Source: Geosiphon pyriformis uo1 (taxonomy: Eukaryota > Fungi > Glomeromycota). From it: a stretch of DNA of 63,643 bases. The translations under genes were made by a program, and so were the position numbers. Positions 40,740 to 54,289 of this stretch are shown here, piece after piece (within the stretch, counting starts at the first letter, position 1; every line of letters begins with the position of its first letter). The DNA lies in assembly GCA_016748015.1 (NCBI GenBank), contig JAAOMT010000299.1:248358-312000 (forward strand), in the 5' to 3' direction. A model generated the notes under the pieces. The model saw only the letters and a program-made list of their open reading frames with translations, ran no database searches and was not told where the DNA came from.

Positions 40740-41241
40740 TTAATGAATAGTAAGAAAAAACAGAATTGTAGAGTGATAAAAGAAATCAAAGGAAATTTAA
40801 CTTTAAAAAATAAATTGAATAAGTATGAGTTCAATATGTGAAATTAGTCTCATAAAATATCTTAGTCACTATATTTTTCAAAAAATAACTAAAGAATCTA
40901 AAGGTAAAGAAATAGTTCATACTATTAACAAATAATTATACATTAGTATAATTTTATGCCTTATGTTAGCATTCTTAAAATTCAATATCAGGTATTAGAT
41001 GTACTTTTTAGTCACAATAATTTTCAAATACTACAATTACATGTTTCAAAAAAAGATAGGAAATAACTAACAAATAATCTTTTATCTTAAGATGTTTAAA
41101 TACTTGAAGATAGAAAAAGAGAAATTAGCAATAAGAGAAGGATTAAGATAAAAATTGTTATTTTATTTATTTAATTTCCTTAATTTCTGACATGTCATTT
41201 TACAGCTAAGAAATTTATTGCTTATATAGCTATCAAAAGTA

Positions 41242-41360
41242 GTTAATAATTAGGTCAACAACTAGGTCAATGATCAGGTCAATAATCAAGTTATTGATCA
41301 GGTTAATAATTAAGTTAATAATCAGATTAATAGTCAAGTTATTGATTAGATCAATGATCA
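41242..41360. repeat. Degenerate 12-bp tandem array (consensus ~GGTCAATGATCA, ~10 units)
   Basis: GGTCAACAACTA GGTCAATGATCA GGTCAATAATCA AGTTATTGATCA GGTTAATAATTA... Confidence 0.8.
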
Positions 41361-41502
41361 CTATCTAAAAATAGAGTAGCTAATTATATGACATTAGTGG
41401 CTAATACATGTAATAATTAATAAAAAGTATGGATTTTAACCATAACACTATTTTAATTATTGATAATTATTTTGTATTAATATATACTATTTTATATTAT
41501 TG

Positions 41503-44500
41503 TTTTTTTTTTTTTTTTTATTACAGTTTAATGAGTACAGCCTAATCATTACCTAGTATACAGAGTCAAAACTATGGACTCCAGCTAAATGTGATTCATG
41601 CATTTACTACATGTGACTAGTTATTTGGACTAATCAAAGCAACACTACACACTTATATGAACAGAAACTGCATCAGTCAAACCAGAGAAAAACAACCAAG
41701 ACTTACAGAAGCCAAAACTCACTCCAAAAGAATCATCAATACCAATTAACCTAACTACGTCATCTGACAAATCTTGCACTAAGCCACTATTTACTAGTGA
41801 TAACACCCCTAAATCTCCCACCAGATTGTCCTTTTCCATGTTAGCCCTAAACTTGGACCTGAATCCCCACAACTCAAAACAATAACATGCACTCACATTA
41901 CACACAAAGTCAACCAAAACCTGGACAGCCTCTTTGCAATTAACAAAAATCTGCACAGCTTTTTTATATCACCCTGCCAGCACAAAGTCTTTACAGAGAA
42001 AAACATACAAGCTGACATCAGACACACACAAGAGAAGAGATTCTGAGATCATGGAAGGAGCTGAAAGATGAAAACCAGCCAGAAACCTCCAAGTTAACAC
42101 ACACTCAAACAGAATTTTCTTATGGGAGATGGATTCCTTATTACAAGTAAACACATAATTGGAGAACTTAACTTCTTTACAATATAAACACAAAACACCA
42201 GGGTATTTACTGTCATAAAGCCTCTTCCTAATCATAACAGGCAGCCTGCTATATACTGCTTTCATGAAATAGGAGCACAAACCAGCTAAATGTCTACTTA
42301 TAGAACCTGAAAGTATACCTGAATCCAGATGCCAAATGGTTATGGTTCTAACCCAGTCAATGTCACAAATCGAAAAACCACCCAGAATCTTAGAACCAAT
42401 ACCAACTTCCCAATGCAATTGGTTCACAGATCTAAAAATGTCCCAAACAAAGTGTCAAATATTACCAGAAATTGGCATATCATTGGCCATTAAATAGCAT
42501 TCATGCACATTAGTCAGCAGAAATAGAGAGGAATGAACAGAAGTACACACCAATGCATCCACACAAACATTCCCTAGTACACCAGAGTGTCCTTTGACCT
42601 TTAATCAGCTTACAGAAATGTCTTTTTGAACAATTAAATTAGCAATATGCCTTCTTTCCATCCAGCAACAATCATAAAAGTCAGGACCACTCAATCTCAA
42701 ATCTGAAACACACACATCCAAAACAGCTTGGCTGTCCAAGCACACCTCTACTGAACAAGAAAAAGACACACACTCCAGCACCAAAGCAATGGCCTGCAAC
42801 TCAGCCATCATAGAAGACAATAGACCTACAATTCTAACCCCAATGCCCAATCCAATCTTAGGAAAAAATGCTGCAGCACCTCCAGCCACATCAGCAGAAC
42901 CAAATCCTTTTAAAGAACTGTTCATAAAAACAGAAAAAAAACCAGACCAAACCTCAAGCAGACCATTTTTAACAACAGAAAACTGATCCAAAAGTAAAAC
43001 ATTATTAACATCCACCAAAAAATCACTAACAGGTAGTGTTAGCAGAAGAATTTTATCATGCAAAAATCTTGACACCAATATAAACCAAGAAAGTACAAGT
43101 CCCCTGAGATCCAGTCTCTTCCAACGCTGGAATGTCTGTCAATTCAGGACTCTACCTCATTTGTCTAAAAGTCTATCACAGAAAGCCACACCAAATTTTT
43201 TCAAAGAACTAACCTGATCATAGTACAAAGAAGACCTCAAGACACCAGAAACAGGATAATTGTCAGGACTAAAAAAAGCACTAGGCAAATTGTTTGTCCT
43301 AAAAATCTTATTAATCAAAAAAATGCATACTATTTCAGCCAGAAAGTTGTTAGAAAGACCAACATGCAGCCTAATAGGAAATTGCAGGGGATTAAGAAGA
43401 GCCCAACCCAAAATCTGCAAATTCAGAAAATGGTGCTCAAAAAGCTGACCAACAATCCTAAGGGAATTAGAAAAACTCATGACAAAAGCAGACTTCCCTT
43501 CAGCTTGAACCTGTTTGAACATCTTTAGACCATAAAGTGAAGGATAATAGAGCCCCTCATTTGGGAAATCTTGAGACAAACCAGCTTTTGACTTGAAGTC
43601 TTTCTTAATCAACCCATCTTAGTGTTGACAAACAGCAGAGAACACAAAACTAAATTGAATATAATAACTAACAATGGGCTAAAGAACAGCCAATACTAAA
43701 TACATGAATTGTTTATCTGAAATAGCTTTATGCAATACCATATTAGAAAAAAACTTGATATCAAACTGGGCTTTAGCCAAGCTGGGCTTGGATAAACCAT
43801 CAGTTGACAAAAATATGCCCAAGTATCTATGAAGCACATCATGATTAGTGATTAAGATAGGCAATCCACTGATTTTGAGAACAGCATTTTGAACCCTCTG
43901 GTTGATGAAAATGCCCACCATTTTGTCATTATTAATTGAAATATCATTTATTGCAAAGAACTCACTGGCAATGTCCAATATAAATTGTGTGGCAGCCTAA
44001 CTACTCCCAACCCAGATAGTATCATCGACAAAAGCATCAGCCACAAAGAAAGAAGACAATCCACCCAGATTGTTTACTCTGCCTGATTTGGCCACAAACT
44101 TGGTATCAATCCAATAGCCATATATGTTCTCTTGTCTTTTAATTTTACATAGCAAAGGATCATAAAAGATCCACCAAAGGAGAGGAGAGAACACTTCACC
44201 CTGATCAAGACCATCCAATACTTGGTAACCATCCGAAAGGCCAAAATCTGTCATAACATGGTTCAATTTGTCATTGTGAATCCCACCAAAAAACTTAATA
44301 AACCTGCTACACATTTTGATGTGCTGCAAACTAGCCTCCAAATAGTGCCAGCCAACCGAATCATATGCTTTGTGCATATCCTGCAAAACCAACCAAATTT
44401 CTCTGCCTTTCTCTAAAGCATCTTCCACAACTGAGTCAACAGCAAAAATGGAAGACTGTGTAGAGATACCACAAAAAACAGAAAAATTATTCCCATGCAA

Positions 44501-47500
44501 CACTCCAAACTTACTGCAAGCAAAAGAAATTTGATCCAAGAAGATTTTAAAAAGAATTTTGCAAGCAGTCTCTAGTAGAGCAATAGGGCGAGTGTTCGTC
44601 AAGATACCATCCCAATTGTAAGACTTAGGTATCATAGAGACCCATGTTTTTCTCCACAAAGCTGGAACTTTGTCCACTCTTAGGCACAAATTCAGGAGGT
44701 CTAATAAATTTCTAAAAATGTCTTTACCACAGTGTTTTCATAATTCATTAGGAATACCACTAAGGCCAGCTGTCTTTCTGTCTGGCAAATATTTGACAAC
44801 CTGAGAAAGTTCATCAAAACTAATAACATCCATAACACCAGAGAAAGCATTATTATCCACATATTGCAAAGGAGCATACTGACAAGTCCAAGGAATAGAG
44901 AGAGATGTAAATGCTGACCACTTTCTGGTCCACCCTTCTATTAACACATTAACTTTGAATTTGATTTCACTAGGATCTAAGACAAGTTCATTGTCTATTA
45001 CTAAATAGTCAAAGACCACCTTGCGAAAAAATTTATCCAAAATACTCCTAATCATACCACCTTTGTTTGTGCAAAAATTCTTTATCCTTTTATCAATAGC
45101 ATGTCTAATTGCAGCAGATTCAGCAGCTTTAGTCTTGTGCATCTTGGAACAATGGTAACTTTTTCTAAATCTGAACAGACAAATGAAAATTTTCACACTG
45201 CTGGCACCACTACTTAACATGTTTTGAACTGCAAAAGCCCTATTTTCATCAACAATCAACCAAGCATTGAGAAGAGAACTAGATTTAGAAGCATCACCAG
45301 ACTGAAGAGACTTCATGACTTTAGCAACCAGCAGTTTCAGCTTAAAAAATTTAGAAGATTGTTTATTGGAATAACATTTGACCTCACAAAACCAATGTTT
45401 AAAAAATATCTCATCAGCTGAATCAACCAACACATTCACCAACAAAAACCACATAAAATCAAAATTCCTGCCAGTACTAGCGACCAAAAAGTCCTTAGCC
45501 ACAGCAGAAAATCTGACTAAAGAACACTCTTTAAAACGAGCCCATTTGGGGCTATTTGCATCTGCAATCTTGAACTTCCATCGATCTTTATTAGCTTGCT
45601 TGCACAAACTATTTAACTGAACATCTAAAAGTCCTCTCAGACCAACAGATACCATTACAGCCTTGTAATTGGTGTTAAAGTAATCAGATACAGAAGTAAC
45701 AATCTGACCAGCAACTGCTAAAGACAGACTGTCACTAACAAAAATGTAATCAATTGTTTTTTCAATGCCTCTTAAATTGTTCCATGTAGGAACTTTAACC
45801 AATGGATGAGCACCAAATGAGTTGACTAAACCCAAATCCAAACAAAACCTAAAACTTACACTCTTCTTAGAATCATCCTCATTGAAATCACCACCTAAGA
45901 CCACAAAAGTGCTGGAGTTTAAAGCTCTTGTAATAAAAAAATTGACTTCCAAAGCCTGGCCAAATCTAGTTCTAGAAGATGTACCAGTGTACAAACCTAA
46001 AACTGTGACTGAAAGTTTATCTTTGAATAGAAGATGTACTGAAATAATCCAACCAGGAATTTTCTTAACTCTAGAAACATGGTGGGCCAAAGAATTGTTC
46101 ATAATAATGGCCACCCCAATACCAAAAAACTCTTTGTTCAAACCAGATGAAAAAATTCTAATACCATCAAATTTGTTCATAATTCAAGATCTACAACCAG
46201 ACTTTAATTTAGTTTCAGTAACAATTGAGATCATATTCCCAGATTCCACATGCCAATGCACAATATTCTCTTGCTTTGCAGGATTGTTTATGCCTCTGAT
46301 GTTACATGTTGCAATTCTCCAGACTAGTTCACTCATTGAGAAAGAAGGAGAGCTGAAGAACCCGCATCAGAACACAGATGATCTAACCTTTCCAAGACTA
46401 AACTGATCAAGACCTCAAAAGCCACCATTTTTGATTCCAATCCACTCATCTTGAAGGTCAGAACCTTAGAAAAACTCAAGCTAGAATCATGGACCATGTT
46501 ATTCACAGCTGGGAAAAGAGAAGTGGAAGTCATTGTCATATCATTCAAAACCATATCCACATCCAAATGCAACACCAAAGAGATGAAAGTGGCTGGAAGA
46601 AGAACACTAGAAAGGGTTGCCACAGATTTCAGTTCCATACTACTTAACTTTTTCAATATACCAGACACTTGATCCATTAAGAGCTCCAAGGAGTGTTCCA
46701 AAGTGGCCAAATGAGCATTCAAAAAGAGAGTGTTGGTTGAAGTAAGAGGAGAATTACTGTCTGAATCTGAGGCACCAGAGAGAGAAAAATTAGAACTGGA
46801 ATGAAAACCACCAGAAGAACCAGCAAGTGTGACCATTTGGGCCCAATATTTGTCATCAAAGGCAGCAGGGCAAAATATTGGAACACTTTTCTTTTTGTAC
46901 AACTTCACCAACTGAAGACAATGTTCATCAAACACAACTTTTTTAAATGTTCTTAAAGGCTTAGGTGGGGACGCAACAAATGCATCACATTTCAGAGCAG
47001 AATGACTAAGCTTTCTGCATTTTTTACACCAAACTAGATCCATTCTCGTCCAAGAAAGTCTAATACTGCCAAGAATCAGCTCTGTATGAAAAGCAGATTT
47101 CAGATTATCATTAAATTCAAAACCGACTACAGCACAACGAATCCTATTACCAGTTTTCAGAGATCTGTTGATGATGCAAGTTTTCCCACCAGCCCCATCC
47201 AGAAGAGTCCTAAGATTATGTGCTGTTGTTCCTACTGGCAAAGTAAACAAAAGCACTTTGAACTGATCCCTTGATGCCCAAGTCTCATGATCTCCCACCA
47301 TTTTGACTATGTGCACAAAATTCTTACCAATCAAGAATGACCACTTAGAGGCTAATGAGTTAGCTTGGCTCAATTCAGCAAATTCCACCACAGCTTTTTG
47401 CCACATTCCAATTAGTTGAATTTTGATTGACTTAATTTCCCCAAACTCAGATACTGTAGCAACAATCATATCCTTAGAAGTATTTATAAGAATTTCTTTG

Positions 47501-48202
47501 ATTACCACAGCCCAATTTGACCTCATTCCTTGTCTCTTAAAATCACTGTTTATGTCGATCACATTTTTTCTAGCCAATGATGCAGCCACTTTTATGCTTT
47601 CTTTTGAAGTAAACATTAATCAGATGATTTCTTCAAATTTTGAAAGAGTAGTGGTCCTCTCAAAACCATTGACTGGTGAAAAAATTTTCTTAATTAACTG
47701 AGTTTTTGCCATTGCAGATTTCTCTTCCACAGCCAAGAGATTAATATCTAAAGCAAATGACCTCTTAACTGACACTTCTACAGAAGTTTTAATAATCTTT
47801 GGATCAATTCACTTTTTTTTCAGAGAAATAGGCAAGTGAGGAGAAAGCACAATTTCATCATCATCCATAATGAAATCAGGAGAGCCAAGTGGAGAGCCAA
47901 ACATTGTACCAGTATTAACACGTTTTGCCTTGGGAGTGGTTGCAGCTAAACCCAGAAGAGACTTTCTATTCACATCTGTTATGCCAACATCCTCATCATT
48001 ACCAGACAGACTATCCACATCAGAGTACACACTATTACCAGGCCCAGATTTACTCAAAGACATATTCTTTTCATCACCAGAGTATTTAACATTGCCAAGA
48101 ACCACCTTCTTTTTTTGAGCAAAAGAACTACCAACAGGACCATGGAAAGTACCTTTGGGCACCCTTTTTTTTGACATATCACTGTCTGAAGCAGTCTTTA
48201 AA
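41503..48202 (-). mobile_element. LINE copy 4 (ORF1 46333-48177, ORF2 41645-46336), degenerate, 5' UTR missing
   Basis: Poly(T) 41503-41519; ORFs 44738-46180 (APE), 43997-44689 (RT, QGEVFSPLLW, FVDDTIW), 42605-43078 (RH), 46333-47616 (ORF1 with CKKCRKLSHSALKC). Confidence 0.93.
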
Positions 48203-51200
48203 TTTTTTTTTTTTTATTTCATTTAACAAGTGAAGTTCAAACACTACCTAGTACAATACATCATTAAATAATCTAAACTAGGCATAAATCATGCCTTTTC
48301 TACATGTGACCAGCCACTCAAATCAGTCAGAACAACACTATGTACTTATATGGACAGAAACCTCCTCACAAGCACCAGAAAAAAATAAACAAGACCTATG
48401 AAACCCAAAACGAATGCCAATTGCATTAGCAACCCCCAACAATCTAATAACACCTGCTGAAAGACCCATGGAAAAACCAGAAACAGAGACAGGAATGGAG
48501 CCATCACGAGGAATTAGTCTACCCTTCTTCATCACTGCCCAGTGTTTCACACGAACCAACCAGATTTCATCTCAAAACACAGCACAAAACTCACGCACAA
48601 AGACCACTATGTTACAAGCTACCACCCTGGAATCTTTAAAAACAGAGACAAATTTACAATACCAATTATTGAAAATGAATCCTTTACATAGTGCCACTCC
48701 AACCACACAATTTAAAGTACAAGTGAACAGTAATTGTGAAATACACAAAGAAGAATGAGATAAATCAGAGTGTGCCTTCCAAACAGCCACATAAGTGTTC
48801 ATCAAATGCTCACGGCCAACAGCGTCAAAGGAGCAGGAAAAAACATGATCAGAGATCTCAACATCACCACAGAATAAGCACACTACACTGGAATAAAGCC
48901 TATCATATAGATGCTTATGCACGGCGACAGGAAGTTGATGATGCAGAGCCTTCATGAAATAAGTCCGAAAGCCAGCAGTATGCAAACTAGTGAAGCCAGC
49001 AGCCATGTGAAAATCTGGGTGCCACACTGAAACAGACCTGGCCCAATCAACATCACTTCACAAATTATCTACCAAAACTCGGGAACCAAATCCAACCTCC
49101 CAATGCACCTGATGAATTGACCGGAAGATATCATGAACAAAATGTCTTGAATTACCAGAAATGGCAGATTCACCAGCTCTTAAAACTGTTCATCAACCCT
49201 GTGCAGCAGCCACCAAGAAGATAAGGCAGTGACCCCTGCAAGTAAGTCAGCACATTTGTTGCCAGGAACACCTGAATGACCTTTTACTTTGATCCAATTC
49301 ACATCCAAATTCTTATTACGAATAATATTAGCAATGTAGTGATGCTCGATCCAACAACAATTCCTGAAGTCTGGCCAAGTCAGTAGGGATTCAGATTTGC
49401 ATGCATCCAAAGCAGCCTGGCTGTCTGAGAACAAATCCACCAAATGAAAAGAGGGAACACACTCGAGAGCCAAAGCAATGGCCTGCAACTCCGTAAGCAT
49501 AGAAGAAACCAAACCAGACACCTTTACACCCAACTCTGAATCAATGTCCTCAAAGAAAACAGCAGCACTAGTCTTCATACCAACAGTATCCAAACCATTT
49601 AAAGACCCATCCATATATACAAAGAGGCGAACAGCAGTGTCAATGTCCAACAAATTGTTACAAACAGTACCAAAATTGCGAGAAAGATGAATATCAGGAG
49701 AAGCATAATCACTCACAGGAAGAGAGCACACAGAAGAAGGAACAACACTACCAAGAAACTGAACAGAAATATCAAATCAAACAGGAACTGGGCCACGGAG
49801 ATCCAGCTTTTTCCAATGTTTGAAGGTTTTCCAACTGAAAGCAACACCATGTCTGTTATGAAGCTGTTCCACGAAAGCAATACCATAGTGCTTGAGCAAA
49901 AGGACACATTTGAGAAATCTTGGCTCACTTAGAACAAGAGACATAAGAGTGCCACTCCAGAGATGAAAAGCACTGGCCAGAGAAGCACCCAAAGATAAGT
50001 CACACCCAGAAAAAATATGAACCACACCTGACAGAAAGTTGTTTGAAGGGCTGACATAAATGTGGACTGGAAACAGCAAAGGGTGACAGGGATGCCAACT
50101 GATAGCCTGAAGATTATGAAACCTGTGAGAAAACAAATGACCCAAAATACCAACTGAATTTGTAAAAGCCAAAACAGCAGCCAATTTACTCTCAGCTTAA
50201 ATCTGTTCAAAAGTTTTAAAATTGTACAAAGAAGAATGATAAACTGTGTCATTGGGGAAATTGAGTGGCAGCCCAAACTTAGATTTCAAGCACCTGCAAA
50301 CCATAGAGTCCCACTTATTACACACACTAACAAAAATAAAGCTGAACTGAGTTCTGTAGCTGATGATAGGCAGAAGAACTGCAGAAGCCAAATATGCGAA
50401 TTGTTTGTCCGAGACCACCTTCCTCAGAACAAGATTAACAAAGAACCGAACATCTGAGTGAGCTTTAGCCAGACTAGGCGTTGAAAGACCTTCAAAAGAC
50501 AAAAAAATACCCAGATACTAATGAGGTTCACTCTTCTTGGCAATAGAGATAGGCGAGCTACTGATAGTCAAAGAAGGATTCACAATCCGGCTGTTAATAG
50601 GAATGGCCACAGTCTTGTCATTGTTAATTGAAATGTCATTAATCCTAAAAAATTCATTAGCAACATTAAGGATGTGCTGCATAGCAGTCTGGCTATCACC
50701 AACCCAAATAGTATCATCGACAAAAGCACCAGCAGCCAAGAATAATGTTAGCCTGGCCTGAGGCTTTACCTGGCCAGTTCTGGAAATAAAATGAGAGTTT
50801 AACCTGTAACCACACATGCTTTCTTGTCGTTTGACTTCACACAAGAGTGAATCATAAAATATACGCTAAAGAAGTGGCAAAAAAACCTCTTCTTGGTCCA
50901 GACCATTGTGAACATGGTAACCATTAGTCAAGCCAAAATCTGTCATTACTCTGTTGGTGTGACCATTGTGAATGTTGTCAAAAAATTTAACAAACTTGTC
51001 ACACATCTTAATCTTAACCAAACTCCTTCTGAGATGCACCCAGCCAATAGAATCATACACTTTTCACATATCTTGCAAAACCAGCCACAGTTTCCAGCCC
51101 TTTTCCAATACATCTTCTACCACAGAACCAATGGCAAAAATGGGCAATTGTGTCATTGTACCCTTTAATACAGAGAAATTGTCCCCACACAGAACATCAA

Positions 51201-53402
51201 ACCTGCTGCAGGCTGAAGAAATTCTGTTTGAGAGAATCTTAGAAAGAATCTTGTGGGCCATCTCAATCAATGCAATAGGATGGGTATTTGTGAGAACGTC
51301 CTCTCATTTATACGGTTTAGGAATCATTAACACCCAAGCTTCCTTCCAAGGTCCAGGTACAGATTCATGTTCCAAACAAAAATTCAGCAATAACAAAAGC
51401 ATATCCAAAATCTTTCTATCACAGTGTTTCCACAATTCATTAAAAATACCAGAAAGACCAGCCGCCTTACCATCGGGCAAATTAGAGACAACTGTAAGCA
51501 ACTCATCAAAACCAATCAAACACATTACTTCAGAGAAGACATCATTAAAGACATAGTTCAAAGGCTAAAATTGGCACATCCAGTCATTAGAAATATCCAG
51601 CACCACTGCACACTTCCTAGTCCAATCTTCCATGATCTTATCGACCTTAGATTTAACCAAATTCAGCTCCAGGACCAACTCCTCACCTGCGACCAAGTGA
51701 TTCAGTACCATCTTATGGAAAGGACGCTCCAGGACACTTCTGATGGTGCATCCCTTATCTACTTCAAAACTCTCCATCCTCCTCTCAATAGCCTGCCTAA
51801 CACAAGATTCCTCAGCACACTTAGACTCCATCATCTTTGAAGAGTGGTAAACTTTCCTTGCCTTAGCCAATTCAGAGTGAATAGCATCAAAACCAGAACC
51901 CAAAAGAAATAGAGACTTCACTGGTAAAGCGCCAACTAAGTTAAGCCTGATCCATGTATCCAACAAAGAAGCAAAATTCCCACCAAAAACCAGACAAGAG
52001 GCCTTAACCAGCTTAGACACAAGCAGTTCCAGTCTATGAAACCTAGAAGAAATCTTATTGAAAACACTATTATAACTCTTGAACCATTTTTTCTTGAATG
52101 TTCTACTAGCTGAGAGAATCAATATTTTGCGAACAATATCTCACATTGCATCCTTATCCAAAAATTTTATAGCTGCAACAAATGTGTCTGAAAGCATAGA
52201 AGCATTAGCAGCTGTAGCATTCTTAAACTCCAACCATTTTCTTTCACTGGCATTTTTAACATTGAACTTTCAATGATCTTTATTGGTTTGTTTGCATAGT
52301 GACAGCAGCTACACATTCAATAAACCACCCAGACTCACAGAAACAGAAACAGCCCTATGATCAGTATCAAAAAAATCCTCAACACCCACCATACCACAAT
52401 CCATGATTGCATTAACTAAACTAGAGGAAACCAACACATAATCAATCATCTTGGCAACACCACAAGAATTGCACCATGTCGGTAACTTCACAAAAGTGCT
52501 TCCACTTAGAGAGTTGACCAGACCCAAATCAAAACACTTCCTGAAACTGGCACATTTATGAAACCCATCTTCATTGAAATCACCACCAAGAATGACAAAA
52601 GAAGTCTTATTTACAGCTCTGACAATGAGAGAATTGATATCACTAGCCTAAGAAAATTAAACCACTGAAGACGCACCAGCATACAGCCCCAGAATAGACA
52701 CAGAAAGTTTATTCCCAAAGAGCAGTCTTATTGACAACAGCCGACCAGGTACCTCTGAAATCTTGCACACATGCTTTGCCAAAGAAGAGTCCATAATTAT
52801 TGCAACACCAGATCTCATGTGACCAGAATTCAGACCAGAAGTAAAAACATGAACACCATCAAACTTATTGGCAATCCACGGACGAACCATGCCTTTTAAC
52901 TTTGTCTCAGTAACAATAGAGACCAGATTGTTCATATCCTTATGCCAACATATAATGTCTGCCTGCTTTGCACAATTGTTCATACCTCTGACATTACACG
53001 CAGCAATTTTCCAAATTAAGTGAGTCATTGAGAAGACAGAGTAATTAACAAACCTGAACCAGAGCACAGAATATTTAACTTATCCAAAACTGAACCAACT
53101 GAGGCCTCCAAAGCAATCAATTTTGTTTCCAAACCACCCACTTTGGCAGTAAGAACTTTGGAACTATTAGAGCTGAGCTCAACAACAGCATCATGAATGA
53201 CGGAGGGAAGAGTACTAGACGAGACCAAAGCAGTATCCACAATCATATCAGAATCCACATCAGAAGTCAAAGTCTCAGAAACAGCAGGAAGAGAGCTCAA
53301 AGATGGGGTCACCACAGGAACCAAACTAATAGATTCCAGTCGAACCAAAATGCCAGAAATGCGGTCAGTCAAAAGCTCCAAAAAGCGCTTCAAAATTGCC
53401 AG
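48203..53402 (-). mobile_element. LINE copy 5, 3' part (ORF2 48338-53028, ORF1 end 53025-53402); ORF1 interrupted by Gypsy C
   Basis: Poly(T) from 48203; WKIAACNVRGMN, AGAFVDDTIWVG, VYMDGSL...FSDSQAA...KVKGHSGVPGNKCAD, CLFCGDVEISDHVFSC. Confidence 0.93.
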
Positions 53403-53406
53403 CTGG

Positions 53407-54259
53407 TGTTACTCATAAAAATATAGAAAATATATTAGTTTAATTATTAGCCAATCAGAAGTAGGCATAGTAAATGTGGAATTCCAAGATTCCTCTCAAG
53501 AATTGCAGGATTCCAAAAATTTCAGGATTCTCTGATGAGAAATTGCAAGATTCCAGAATTCCTGGATTTTTTTCAAAGGAATCACAGGATTCCTGTCGTG
53601 AAGAATTGAGGAATTAAGGAATCTCAATTATGTATATATAGCAGTAATGTTAGAAACAAAAAAGACAGAATCGATACCACAGAATCTTTAGCCTAAAAAT
53701 GCAATCATTAAATAAATAATTATTTTATATTTCAATCTACTTCCCCATTATTAACCCTTCATGTTGATAGTAATTGATACTTAACCACACTGGAAAAATA
53801 GCTCTTGATCATGGCTATTGACGGGATACTAATTTGCAAATTGTCTTGGCTTATTTCTTGGCTTTCTTTATTTTCTTTTATTTCTTTTTTTTCTTTGTTT
53901 TATTTTGATTTGTTGTTGTATACTAATTGATTAAAGATTAAGTGCTGAGTTATTGACGTCAAGGATAGCCTGGTAAAAGACCTAGAAATATGGGTAGGAT
54001 TTTATATATTATCGGATAGCTTACTAGAAGGGCACGACTGCCAGACTAAATCTGGCCACCATGCTAAGAAAGAAATTGGGAAAACTCTTGGAAAGATACA
54101 TCTACTATCGACACTATTGAATCTCTGTCTATTATACAAAGAACTCAACCAAAACCTTCAGATACAACATCTTTAAAACATCATCAATGGCAATAGCTTT
54201 TGAGCACCAAGTTACGGATTTGTTATTTAATTCAACAGCAGAAATAATTACCTGTAACA
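53407..54259 (+). repeat. 5' LTR of Gypsy C (853 bp)
   Basis: TGTTACTC...CTGTAACA; direct repeat of 62653-63521. Confidence 0.95.
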
Positions 54260-54261
54260 TT

Positions 54262-54278
54262 TGGTGCTTCCTGTGAGG
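54262..54278 (+). promoter_or_regulatory. Primer-binding site of Gypsy C (TGGTGCTTCCTGTGAGG)
   Basis: TGG start 2 nt after the LTR; resembles the complement of a tRNA 3' end (identity not determined). Confidence 0.85.
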
Positions 54279-54289
54279 TATAATCCTAC

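Noticed and set aside
17732-53426. Many antisense ORFs over the LINEs (e.g. 19438-19854, 45822-46406, 50972-51556)
   Set aside because: Shadow frames of the LINE coding strand with no independent motifs.
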